From positions 132,515 through 196,514 of the forward strand of contig JAGSHD010000006.1 in assembly GCA_023954715.1 (NCBI GenBank): DNA of 64,000 nt. Direction: 5' to 3'. Below the pieces are notes generated by a model that saw nothing but the letters and a program-made list of their open reading frames with translations, was not told the DNA's origin and made no database searches. Within the stretch, counting starts at the first letter, position 1, and each line of letters begins with the position of its first letter. Positions 20,050 through 29,611 of this stretch are shown piece by piece. Made by a program: the position numbers and the translations under genes. The DNA is from Candidatus Cloacimonadota bacterium (GTDB lineage Bacteria; Muiribacteriota; UBA6191).

Positions 20050-20655
20050 CTAATCCTTACGGATAACAAAAGTCATTTCAAACTTTGTTACTTTTTTTCG
20101 ATCGATAGTATCTTGTACCATTGATGATAAAGAAATATTTTCTACAATATGAGTTGCTTCTCTCAAGATTTTTACAAAATCCGTTACACCTTTTGATGTG
20201 GACTTACGAGGTTGACCAGATACATTGCTCTGACCAGGTATTACTGTTTCCATGGAGGTACCCGTTAAAGATACTTGTCCATCATTATCAATATTTAGTT
20301 GAACAATCCAAACCGTTTTAGCTCGTATAACAAACTCTTCAAAATTATGTAAAACCTTAGTCCATGAGCCTGTGTTTTTGGATAATACCTGTTGGTATTC
20401 AGCCAAATCACCTTTCACTCGATTTAAATTATTGATTAATCGCTTTTGCTTTTTTCGAACCCTTTTGAACTCATTTACCTCTCTTTTGACAGGCTCAAGT
20501 TTTCTTTTATATTCTTCAAGTTCTAAATCTGTTTGCTCAGCTTTATAAGCTAAGCCAGCACCATTGACACAGATCCATAATGCAATAATGATTCCACCAA
20601 CCGGAATTGGAACCGATTTCTTTTTCTTTTCGGTGAGTAAATTGACTTTAATCAT
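20050..20655 (-). CDS. pilN: Type IV pilus assembly protein PilN
   Basis: MIKVNLL N-terminus (PilN signature), TM segment. 4-nt overlap with pilM. Confidence 0.75.
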   Translation of the reverse strand: MIKVNLLTEKKKKSVPIPVGGIIIALWICVNGAGLAYKAEQTDLELEEYKRKLEPVKREVNEFKRVRKKQKRLINNLNRVKGDLAEYQQVLSKNTGSWTKVLHNFEEFVIRAKTVWIVQLNIDNDGQVSLTGTSMETVIPGQSNVSGQPRKSTSKGVTDFVKILREATHIVENISLSSMVQDTIDRKKVTKFEMTFVIRKD

Positions 20656-21818
20656 ATCTCTTGATCCTCAGCAAATCCCCTCATAGCTAGTCCTATGGCG
20701 GTAACGTATTGATGCATATTTTCTTCAAACATTTCTTCTTGGTCCATGTCTCTTGGATAGCCATAAGCAGGTTCACCTAAACGAACCTTTACAGATAGCT
20801 CATTTTCTAATAGAACTTCAATCCCTTTAATGCGAGAGGATCCACCAGTCAAAATAACTTCATGGATAATTGGCTCTCTATGCTGAGCTTTATAAAAATC
20901 AAATGATCTTCTGATCTCTACTGCAATTTCTTCGATTGTCGCTTGTACTAGCTCTTCAAAGTCTTGATCTTCTTGGCCTTCATTTAACTGCAAAGATTTT
21001 TCGATTTTAATGCTCTCTGCTTCTTCAAATGAGACCTTATAAACACCTTTTACGATTTCAGTGATACTGTTACCAGAAATAGGCACATTTCTAGAAAATC
21101 GTAGAATATTTCCTTTAAGAACATTTATGATAGTGGATCGAGCTCCAATACTTACTATGGCAACTACTTTATCTTCGATCTCTTTATCTTCGACCTCTGT
21201 ATCCATAGAGTCAATCCCAGCTGTCTCTTGCTCTCCATCTTCAAAAGACGGTTCACTTGTTACACCCGGAACTAAACACCCTTCAAGAGCGTTGATAATT
21301 GCTAGTGAGTCAATATCTAAAGCATCAAGGTTTTTTACCCCAACCGACTTAAAAATACTTACTAGACTTTCCACATGCTCTTTTTGAGATACAGCTAACA
21401 AACATAAAATCCGTTGCATCCCATCCTGTTCAACTCTAGCTAATTTCGCATAAGAGATATTTACTGTCTCCAAAGGATATGGTACATATTGCTCTGCTTC
21501 TCCATCAATAGCGTATTTTAATTCCTCATCCATCATCTCAGGAAAAGGAATAAATCTTAATATTGTTACTTGAGATGACAAACTAGTAAATACCTGATTA
21601 AACTTTAATCCATATTCTTTTTTTATATTTTTAAGAATTTGTATAATTGCATTTGGGTCTTGTAAAGTTCCTTCAACAAATGTTCCCTCTGGATATCTTT
21701 CAACACCATGTTTAACAATTGTTGGCCCTTGCTTTGTCTTTTTTACCTGTATAAATTTGAGAGAGGAAGAGCCTATATCAATTCCTAGTGAGAATTTTGG
21801 GGGACCAAATGAAAACAT
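20652..21818 (-). CDS. pilM: Type IV pilus assembly ATPase-fold protein PilM
   Basis: Actin-like fold motifs LGIDIGSSSLKF and VILTGGSS. Acidic insertion. Confidence 0.85.
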   Translation of the reverse strand: MFSFGPPKFSLGIDIGSSSLKFIQVKKTKQGPTIVKHGVERYPEGTFVEGTLQDPNAIIQILKNIKKEYGLKFNQVFTSLSSQVTILRFIPFPEMMDEELKYAIDGEAEQYVPYPLETVNISYAKLARVEQDGMQRILCLLAVSQKEHVESLVSIFKSVGVKNLDALDIDSLAIINALEGCLVPGVTSEPSFEDGEQETAGIDSMDTEVEDKEIEDKVVAIVSIGARSTIINVLKGNILRFSRNVPISGNSITEIVKGVYKVSFEEAESIKIEKSLQLNEGQEDQDFEELVQATIEEIAVEIRRSFDFYKAQHREPIIHEVILTGGSSRIKGIEVLLENELSVKVRLGEPAYGYPRDMDQEEMFEENMHQYVTAIGLAMRGFAEDQEI

Positions 21819-21982
21819 TTCTCTACCTTTCCAACTTATCTAAATGTATTTTAATCATTATAAAATTACTTTGATCTCAGTTTAACTAAATTAAACATTA
21901 ATAATAAAACCTGTTTTTAACACAAATTTCATAGTTAAACGATCTAATCTATCTATTTATTTATGTTCAATATAAAAATAGT

Positions 21983-22117
21983 TGTAAATGTTCACTTATA
22001 ATTTTTCATTTTTTACAAAGGTTGATTATACTTAGGTGTATCAACATAGCAAAAACTTCAAAAAATTTGTACGCTCCACGCCTTTTATCGAAGAGACCAC
22101 CTGAATAACTACAAATA
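21983..22117. repeat. Intergenic repeat element copy 2 (135 bp)
   Basis: Same modules and TIR (TGTAAATGTTCAC / CTGAATAACTACA). AATAGT on both flanks. Upstream of pilM. Confidence 0.65.
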
Positions 22118-22298
22118 GTTTTTATACGCTACTTGAACATATCGTCAAAAAAGGTGAACAAGTTACTGCCTTTGACTAATTATAATGTATCTAATTGTAA
22201 AGGTAAATGGTTTTACTCCATCTAAAATTTGCTTATATAGCAAGATAAGTGTTGTTCATTAGTAGTTAATGACAAGTAAAATAGATTTTCAAGTTGAT

Positions 22299-23489
22299 TT
22301 AATAGTACGTTTTAACGATATCTACATCACTATAATAATATTGCAAGATCTGCTTAAAGCTCTTTTTTTGTTTAGCCAGGCCCTTAGCACCCCATTGACA
22401 AAGGCCAACCCCATGCCCAAAGCCTTGTCCTTTCAAAGATAATACTCTTGAGTTAGATGGCTTACTAAATCTAGACAAAATATCCATAATAGCTGATTCA
22501 TCTGGGTTAGTAATCTTAACAGAACTGCTCTCTTGTTGAAAAGCCATAGTACTTCTCATAGTAGAAGGACCCATTAACTTTCTCAATTTAGCTCCAGATA
22601 AAGAGATTTTACCTGACGAATGATTTACAATAAGAGTTTTTAATCTTCCATCTTGTGAGTTTTTCACCTGTAAATTATCTATATTTTTTAGCTTTTTACC
22701 GTCAAGTCGGAGTAGATTTTTTAGTTTTTCATAGGGGATATCTAACTCCCACTTGTAGTTTTTATAGGCATTACACCATTTACATGACTTAGACTTTAAA
22801 AACTCCACTTTTTTACCTAACCAATGTCTAGAGTCTAACGTAGACCCTCCACAAGCTGAATGGTAATACGTTGAGATGAGCTCTTTTTTGTAAGTGATTA
22901 CCAATCCTCTAGTATTATCCACTACCTTAATCGCTAGTGGGTGTTCACTGGATACACCAGCATAAACCTGAGATCGAACATCCGCAGTTAACCCAAATCC
23001 ATAAGCATCTCGAAATTTATCAATATTTTTCATAGCGTAGGTCCGAGCTACAACTGCTTGTGCTTTTAGGGCTTCAATCGGAGAAGTGATTAGCATCTCG
23101 GCCTTTATAACTGAATATAAATAAGATTCAATGTCCACTTTGTTCACAATAGTCAATTTTCCGAATTTATCTTCAAAAATCTCAATTGTACCTCTATACG
23201 GTTTACCATTTACTACGATATTTTGTCGTTTGAAAGGCTTGATGTATATCCTGTGATAATCTACCTTCTTTAAAAAACCAAAGCCTCGTTGCGTTAACCT
23301 TATTTTTATGGGTGTAGCATTCCATCGAGTAAATATTTTCTTCTTATTTGCATCTAAGTTAAAAACTTGAAAACCATATTTTGCACCGATGCTTACTTTT
23401 TTTTGACCTTGTAAAATACCAACGTCAAGCATTGGATTTATGGCAAAACTAAAAGAACAAAGTAAAAACTGTAGAACAAACCACTTCAA
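22299..23489 (-). CDS. SpoIID/LytB-domain protein (amidase enhancer family)
   Basis: SPIEALKAQAVVARTYA signature. Signal peptide. Confidence 0.8.
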   Translation of the reverse strand: MKWFVLQFLLCSFSFAINPMLDVGILQGQKKVSIGAKYGFQVFNLDANKKKIFTRWNATPIKIRLTQRGFGFLKKVDYHRIYIKPFKRQNIVVNGKPYRGTIEIFEDKFGKLTIVNKVDIESYLYSVIKAEMLITSPIEALKAQAVVARTYAMKNIDKFRDAYGFGLTADVRSQVYAGVSSEHPLAIKVVDNTRGLVITYKKELISTYYHSACGGSTLDSRHWLGKKVEFLKSKSCKWCNAYKNYKWELDIPYEKLKNLLRLDGKKLKNIDNLQVKNSQDGRLKTLIVNHSSGKISLSGAKLRKLMGPSTMRSTMAFQQESSSVKITNPDESAIMDILSRFSKPSNSRVLSLKGQGFGHGVGLCQWGAKGLAKQKKSFKQILQYYYSDVDIVKTYY

Positions 23490-24784
23490 GATAGAAGCTC
23501 CTTAATATCTTTAAAGGTTACTAAAACAATTAGAGATAAAACACACAGTACTCCAAAAAGGTTTACATATCCTTCGATAATATCATCAAAGGCATCTTCT
23601 TGCTTACCCATTACATTTCCAAATTTATTGATACAATCCTTAACAACAATGATCATAATTCGGCCGCCATCCAAACCAGGAATCGGAACTAAATTAAAGA
23701 GACCAATGGAAATACTAATTTTGGCCACTAAAAATAGAAAGTCTAGTAAACCACGCTCAACACTTTGAGACACAACATTTGCAATGGCCACAGGCCCACC
23801 AATATTTTCAGGAGCTTTGAAGTTTCTGATCATATTAACAAACATGTTGGATAGCTCTCCAGCAAATTGTGTAGACCAGTTTATAGTTGACTTAAATGAA
23901 CGTTTTACCGAATCATTGAATGGATACACTATTAATTTGCCATCTAAAAAGAATGGACGAATTTGAATTCCAATCGTTCCTTGTTTACTTGGCACGACAA
24001 CTAAAACTTTCTTTTCTACATCTTGAGAGATAGACACTTTTATCTCAGTTGGGTTCAATTTTTCAAGATGCTTTAAAGCTACTTCTTTTGTATCATACAC
24101 CACTGATTTTTTGTCTTTTATTGTTTCTATCTTTATAAAACTTTTATCTACATATAGCTTGTCTAAATAATTTAAAAGACCAGCATGATCATCAAAACTT
24201 TTATAATTGGTTCGTCTTTGAACTTCTACTTCTACATCTTTTGTTGCAAAGCTTGAAATTAAAAATCGTCCTTGTTCAAAGTCTTCAATTTTCTTTTTAT
24301 TAATGCTAAGTAAAACATCATTTTCTTGAAAACCAGCAGTTGCCGCTGGAGCATCCTTAAGAACATTTACCACTTGAAGTGTAGTTGCCGGAAGACCGTG
24401 CCAATGATGGATATAAGCTAAAATGGCAAATGTACCCACTAGATTCATGGCTGGACCCGCTAGTAAAATTGCTATTTTTTGAAATATATTTTTTCTTTGG
24501 AAACTTCTATTGCCTGGGTCGGGTTTGTCATCATCCGGGTCGAGCCCATCTTCTTGGGCTAACATTACAAAGCCACCAATAGGCAAAGCACGAATAGAGT
24601 ACTCGGTCTCGCCAACTGTTTTAGCTATTAGTTTAGTTGAACCCATACCGATAGCAAAAGCGTCTACTCTCACATCACACCATTTAGCCACAACAAAATG
24701 CCCCAACTCATGAATGAAAGCAACTAATCCAATAACTAAACTGAACCAAAAAAGCTTGTATGCCAATGTAAGTAAAAATTCCAT
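23486..24784 (-). CDS. rseP: RIP zinc metalloprotease RseP (site-2 protease), active-site intact
   Basis: HELGHF, a PDZ domain, and NLVPIPGLDGG third-ligand motif. Confidence 0.9.
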   Translation of the reverse strand: MEFLLTLAYKLFWFSLVIGLVAFIHELGHFVVAKWCDVRVDAFAIGMGSTKLIAKTVGETEYSIRALPIGGFVMLAQEDGLDPDDDKPDPGNRSFQRKNIFQKIAILLAGPAMNLVGTFAILAYIHHWHGLPATTLQVVNVLKDAPAATAGFQENDVLLSINKKKIEDFEQGRFLISSFATKDVEVEVQRRTNYKSFDDHAGLLNYLDKLYVDKSFIKIETIKDKKSVVYDTKEVALKHLEKLNPTEIKVSISQDVEKKVLVVVPSKQGTIGIQIRPFFLDGKLIVYPFNDSVKRSFKSTINWSTQFAGELSNMFVNMIRNFKAPENIGGPVAIANVVSQSVERGLLDFLFLVAKISISIGLFNLVPIPGLDGGRIMIIVVKDCINKFGNVMGKQEDAFDDIIEGYVNLFGVLCVLSLIVLVTFKDIKELLS

Positions 24785-25019
24785 ATAATTCCGTTCGTGG
24801 TTTGATTTGTGCTAAATCTAAGCCCAATTTTATTGATGCTAAATAACTTTCTGAGCGAGGGTAAAATTTAACAATCTAAAAGTCTATAGTCTATATTACA
24901 TCGTTAAAATCAGTATCTTTAATAACAATAATACCTAAATCCACTGTAAAGAAACATGGAAGATTTAAAATAAGCCGCTCTGCTAGCTTTAAACGTTGAT
25001 TAGAATCACTAATTAAGAA

Positions 25020-26294
25020 TTACAATTGGGCGATGACCAACATGTTCTGAAAGATCATTAATAAAATCAAAAATACAAAAGCAATCAAATAAAACCAATC
25101 AAGCCATATTTCTGACTCCAAGCTTATGGGCTCCTCTTTGTAGTTAAAAAGTAGTGCCAACTTATTGATAAACATTCTGAGAAACATAACAAAAACTTTG
25201 CCGCCAGCTAGTTTAGGGATCGGAAAAAAGCTCAACCATCCAATGGTTAGAGAAACCATTGCAAAAAGTCGAAAAAAGTCAAAAGCAGTCATTTCTGAAA
25301 ACTCTTCAATAAACTGTTTTAACTCCCACGGAACATTAACCGGCAGTTCACGCTTCTTTAAAAAACTATGTATCATTGAAAATGCTTGAGTTAAAAACTC
25401 TTTGCTCAAAATATGAGTAAAATCGAAGGCTGTTTTAAAGGATTTTGCTAAACCTAGCTCTAGAGATTTTTCATTTAATGAATATGGTTTAATACCTATA
25501 CCGACTTTTCCTTCGTTGGTAGACAAGACATCAATATTTAAAATTTTAGAACTCTGAGAAAAATGAACTTCGATATTATTTGGATTCATGGAGCGCAAGT
25601 GTCGAATGGCTGGCTCTTTAGCATAAAACATTAGATAACTTTCAACACCTTTTTGAAATATTTTAATATAACTCTTGTGCTGATAAGTTTTAGTTAAGTA
25701 AGTTTTTGCTTTTTCATAATTGTCAAAAACTAAGTAGTCGCCTTTTCTTTCTATAGTAAAACTAACTTTGGTTTGAACTAATTTAGATATAGACTGACGT
25801 CCTTCATCAAAACGTTTTATATCCTCGTTATTGACCTTAAGGATAATATCTCCACGTTGAAAACCACTTTTGTGCGCTGGCATTCCAGGAATTGTATTGG
25901 TTACTTGCATCGTGCTTGGTGTATCTCCAAACATATAAAACGTAAATCCAAGTACCACAAAAGTAAAGAATATGGAAGAAATAGGCCCAGCACAGATTAG
26001 GATCAATTTCTTTAAGGGGGAAATCTCTGAGTTAACTACCTGAGGATCATTTGAGCATTTAGGTGAAAACTCTAAACTTCCACCTACAGGAAAAGAACAG
26101 ATAACAAAAAGTACTTCGCCAAAACTTTTGCTTAAAAGAATCGAACTACCCACACCTATTTTTATCTTAGTGAGTTTTATATTTAAAAACTTTGAAACTA
26201 AATATTTACCTAGGGCAAAAAATAAGGCTACTCCATCAACAAGTATAATAAACCAAAATATCTTTTTAAGAAAAAGTAATACTAAATCCACCAC
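25020..26294 (-). CDS. RseP paralog lacking all catalytic residues (pseudo-protease), PDZ retained
   Basis: Same architecture as rseP, but HELGH is replaced by FALGK and LDGG by LAGG. Confidence 0.8.
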   Translation of the reverse strand: MVDLVLLFLKKIFWFIILVDGVALFFALGKYLVSKFLNIKLTKIKIGVGSSILLSKSFGEVLFVICSFPVGGSLEFSPKCSNDPQVVNSEISPLKKLILICAGPISSIFFTFVVLGFTFYMFGDTPSTMQVTNTIPGMPAHKSGFQRGDIILKVNNEDIKRFDEGRQSISKLVQTKVSFTIERKGDYLVFDNYEKAKTYLTKTYQHKSYIKIFQKGVESYLMFYAKEPAIRHLRSMNPNNIEVHFSQSSKILNIDVLSTNEGKVGIGIKPYSLNEKSLELGLAKSFKTAFDFTHILSKEFLTQAFSMIHSFLKKRELPVNVPWELKQFIEEFSEMTAFDFFRLFAMVSLTIGWLSFFPIPKLAGGKVFVMFLRMFINKLALLFNYKEEPISLESEIWLDWFYLIAFVFLILLMIFQNMLVIAQL

Positions 26295-26303
26295 GCCCCA
26301 ATT

Positions 26304-27110
26304 TTAAAATATTAATAACAAGTATAAGGCACATAAAGCACCAGCTGTTACAGAATCAAATCGATCCAACACGCCCCCATGACCCGGAATAATCCACCCA
26401 GAGTCTTTAACGCTTAGACATCTTTTGAAACACGATTCTAACAGATCGCCTATCTGTCCCGCAATACCAATAATAAATAAACATAACAAGAAATAGTCTT
26501 TGAAAATAAATCCAAAATTTTGATGAACAGTATATAACACTCCCATCATAACTAAAATTCCAATGATAGACCCTTCCCAAGTTTTCTTTGGACTCAAATA
26601 TTGACTAAACTTATGCTTGCCAAATGCTCTTCCTCCAAAGTAGGCGAAAGTGTCTTGTAACCACATAATACAAAACAATAACAAAATTAAACTCAAGGAC
26701 GATTTTACATTTAACAGGAGTACAATCATTGGGGAAAAAAAGAAAACAACGTAGGAGAACATCAAAAACCCACGACCAAAGTCTTCAAAAAATTCATCTT
26801 TATTTTGTTCAGTATAATTAAAGATAGCCAAAATCAAAAACAGAACTGGGGATAAAATCAGCACATCTAAATCATAAATCTTCTTCATGGATTCAAATTT
26901 TTGTAACAAGATCAAGAGACTTGCTAAATGGATGCACATACAAAAAATATATACTCTACCTAGTACCTTAAATTTAGTCATTGAATATGCTTCTTGGTGC
27001 GCGAAGGCTGTTACTAGTAGCCAAAAAGCTCCAAAATATAGTGCCCCAGCCTTTAGTGATAATAGAGTCAGGGCCACCACTAAAAATCCACCAATTGCTC
27101 TAATAATCAT
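26304..27110 (-). CDS. cdsA: Phosphatidate cytidylyltransferase
   Basis: C-terminal SGWIIPGHGGVLDRFDS signature. Confidence 0.9.
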   Translation of the reverse strand: MIIRAIGGFLVVALTLLSLKAGALYFGAFWLLVTAFAHQEAYSMTKFKVLGRVYIFCMCIHLASLLILLQKFESMKKIYDLDVLILSPVLFLILAIFNYTEQNKDEFFEDFGRGFLMFSYVVFFFSPMIVLLLNVKSSLSLILLLFCIMWLQDTFAYFGGRAFGKHKFSQYLSPKKTWEGSIIGILVMMGVLYTVHQNFGFIFKDYFLLCLFIIGIAGQIGDLLESCFKRCLSVKDSGWIIPGHGGVLDRFDSVTAGALCALYLLLIF

Positions 27111-27883
27111 AATCCACCAAATTTTCTATGGCGGTTTTGAAACTCTAAAATGGATTCAAATAGATGAATTTCACGAAAATCTGGCCAATGGACATCGGTG
27201 AAGTAAAACTCAGAATAGGCGTTTTCCCACAGCATAAAGTTAGATAGTCGATTTTCACCACTTGTTCTAATCATTAGTTCTGGCTCTGGCATAAACCCTG
27301 TATACAACTTTTCGGTAATTAGCTCTTCTGTCACCGAGTTCACGTCCAAAGTACCAGACTGTACTTCAGTAGCAATTTCTTTAGTAACTCTTGCAATATC
27401 TGCTCTGCCTGAGTAATTCAAAGCTAAGTTCATACAGATTTTTTTGTTATCTTTGGTACGTTCACTCGCTTGAGCAAATTCTTGCTGAATTTTTGCACTC
27501 ATCTTGGTTAAATCACCGATGACGTTGATTCGAACACCTTGAGCACTCAATTCATCAATGTACTTATTTAAGGAAGATGAAAATAGCCCCATTAGCATGG
27601 ATACTTCAGACTCTGTTCTTTTCCAGTTTTCTGTAGAAAAAGCATAAAATGTTACGTAATCTACAGGTATTTTACCGCATAACTCTACTATAGCATGTAT
27701 AGAGTCTACCCCTTTTTTATGCCCAAAAGTTCGCGGTTTTCCTTGTGCTTTCGCCCATCGACCGTTGCCATCCATAATGATAGCAAGATGTTTAGGACAG
27801 TTCTCCCAATCAATTTGAGAAAACACCTTATCTTCTGCTTCATTCAATTCAACGTCTAGTCTGATTTGTTCTTCTATTGACAT
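27107..27883 (-). CDS. uppS: Undecaprenyl diphosphate synthase
   Basis: HLAIIMDGNGRWA motif. Confidence 0.93.
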   Translation of the reverse strand: MSIEEQIRLDVELNEAEDKVFSQIDWENCPKHLAIIMDGNGRWAKAQGKPRTFGHKKGVDSIHAIVELCGKIPVDYVTFYAFSTENWKRTESEVSMLMGLFSSSLNKYIDELSAQGVRINVIGDLTKMSAKIQQEFAQASERTKDNKKICMNLALNYSGRADIARVTKEIATEVQSGTLDVNSVTEELITEKLYTGFMPEPELMIRTSGENRLSNFMLWENAYSEFYFTDVHWPDFREIHLFESILEFQNRHRKFGGL

Positions 27884-28049
27884 TCCCCACCGTCCAAATA
27901 AAGTAATAAAGCCTCATTATCAAAGCTCTTAGTACATTATGCACCAAGTTTATCTAACCTTGAAATGAGACTTTGTAAGATGAGCACGAATCTAACTTAA
28001 TAATCGATAGAATTAAGTTAAAAAACATACCCGAAATGCAATCCGAGGA

Positions 28050-28610
28050 CTACACTTCCATAATATCTTTTTCTTTGTTTGCTACTAGTGCATCAATCTT
28101 AACGATATGACCGTCTGTAGCATCTTGAATTTGCTTTTGATACTCTTTGTTATCATCTTCAGTTATAGTTTTATCCTTAACTAATTTCTTTAAAGAGTTA
28201 TTGCTATCTCTTCTAATATTTCTTACAGATACTTTAGAGTCTTCACCACGGCTCTTTGCGATTTTAACCATGTCTCGTCTTCTATCTTCTGTCATATCTG
28301 GCATATTCAATCGAATCACTCTACCATCGTTGGCTGGTGTGATCCCAAGATCTGATGCTAAAATTGCCTTTTCAATAGCAGAAATTAAAGACGTATCCCA
28401 AGGCTGAATAGCTAACACTCTTGGCTCAGGTACAGAGATTGATGCCACACCCTTTAATGGAGTCTTTGCTCCATAGCTGTCAACGCTGATTCTGTCTACA
28501 AGCATTGGATTTGCTCGACCAGTTCGAATTGATTGTAAGCTTGTTTGTAGTGAGTCTACTGTTTTATCCATTTTGTCTTCAGAGTCTAATAAAATTTCAT
28601 CTGGTTCCAT
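28050..28610 (-). CDS. frr: Ribosome recycling factor
   Basis: Full-length RRF similarity. Confidence 0.93.
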   Translation of the reverse strand: MEPDEILLDSEDKMDKTVDSLQTSLQSIRTGRANPMLVDRISVDSYGAKTPLKGVASISVPEPRVLAIQPWDTSLISAIEKAILASDLGITPANDGRVIRLNMPDMTEDRRRDMVKIAKSRGEDSKVSVRNIRRDSNNSLKKLVKDKTITEDDNKEYQKQIQDATDGHIVKIDALVANKEKDIMEV

Positions 28611-28619
28611 GTTTCACCC

Positions 28620-29318
28620 CTATTTAATTAAAGTTCCTATGTTTTCACCATTTACTAATTTCAGAATATTACCTTTTTCAAATATATTCAAGACCCTAAT
28701 AGGAATGGAATTATCCATACAAATAGCAATTGCCGCTGTATCCATCACTTTTAAGCCATCTTTTAAAATATCTTTGTAGTTTATTTCTTCATATAATTTG
28801 GCGTCTGGGTTTTTTTCTGGATCACAATCATAAACCCCATTTACTTTTGTTGCTTTTATCAGAAGATCGATACCTAATTCAGCTGATCGTAATGCCGCTG
28901 CTGTATCTGTTGTAAAGAAAGGTCTACCCGTTCCACCTGCACAAATGACAACTCCGCCATCTTTCATGAACTTTTGTGCTTTTTTAACGTGAAAAAGCTC
29001 AACATATTCTTCTAATCGAAAAGGTGTCATTACCATTGCTTTTAACCCATTCGCTTCAAATATATTTTGCATAGCTACAGCATTCATGATAGTAGCCAAC
29101 ATACCCATAAAGTCACCAGAAACACGATTATAACCTTCTTGTTCCCCAGATATTCCTCTAAATATGTTTCCGCCACCAATAACTACTGCAACTTCTTTTC
29201 CTTTTGCTATCATTTCTTTGACTTGATTGCAAATGGAGACTGTAGTAGTAGCATCAACGCCCCTGCCAGATTTATCGCCTAATGCTTCCCCACTAAGCTT
29301 TAACATTATTCTTTTCAT
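28620..29318 (-). CDS. pyrH: UMP kinase
   Basis: MKRIMLKLSGEALG N-terminus, amino acid kinase fold. Confidence 0.93.
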   Translation of the reverse strand: MKRIMLKLSGEALGDKSGRGVDATTTVSICNQVKEMIAKGKEVAVVIGGGNIFRGISGEQEGYNRVSGDFMGMLATIMNAVAMQNIFEANGLKAMVMTPFRLEEYVELFHVKKAQKFMKDGGVVICAGGTGRPFFTTDTAAALRSAELGIDLLIKATKVNGVYDCDPEKNPDAKLYEEINYKDILKDGLKVMDTAAIAICMDNSIPIRVLNIFEKGNILKLVNGENIGTLIK

Positions 29319-29382
29319 TTATTCTCCTTTAAGAGAGTAAGTCATTCAAAGTATTTTGCACTATGATGAACTGCAAGCTACT

Positions 29383-29516
29383 TTGTAACTATTCAGCTAT
29401 AATTTTTCAATTTCTTTGCAAAGGCCGATTATACCTAGGTACATCAATAAAGCAAAAACTACGAAAAGCCTGTATGACCCTCAACTTTTGTCCAAGAGAC
29501 CATCTGAACAATTACG
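29383..29516. repeat. Intergenic repeat element copy 3 (134 bp)
   Basis: First 28 nt identical to copy 1. Right module CATCTGAACAATTACG. Lies between tsf and pyrH. Confidence 0.65.
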
Positions 29517-29611
29517 TTACTTTAAACAAAAGTAAAGAACATAGTAGTCTTTACATCTTTACCAAATAATTTTGACAAAAAAAAAGACCCTTTCGGGTCT
29601 TTTTAAATCAA

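Noticed and set aside
29383-29440. Sigma70 promoter inside the repeat left module (TTGATG...TATAAT on minus strand)
   Set aside because: The spacer is only 8 nt in all copies, so it is not a canonical -35/-10 pair. The TATAAT may still act as a -10 with an unknown upstream element.
29363-29569. 68-aa ORF lying inside repeat copy 3
   Set aside because: The corresponding frames in copies 1 and 2 are interrupted or shifted. The conservation is at the nucleotide level, not the protein level.
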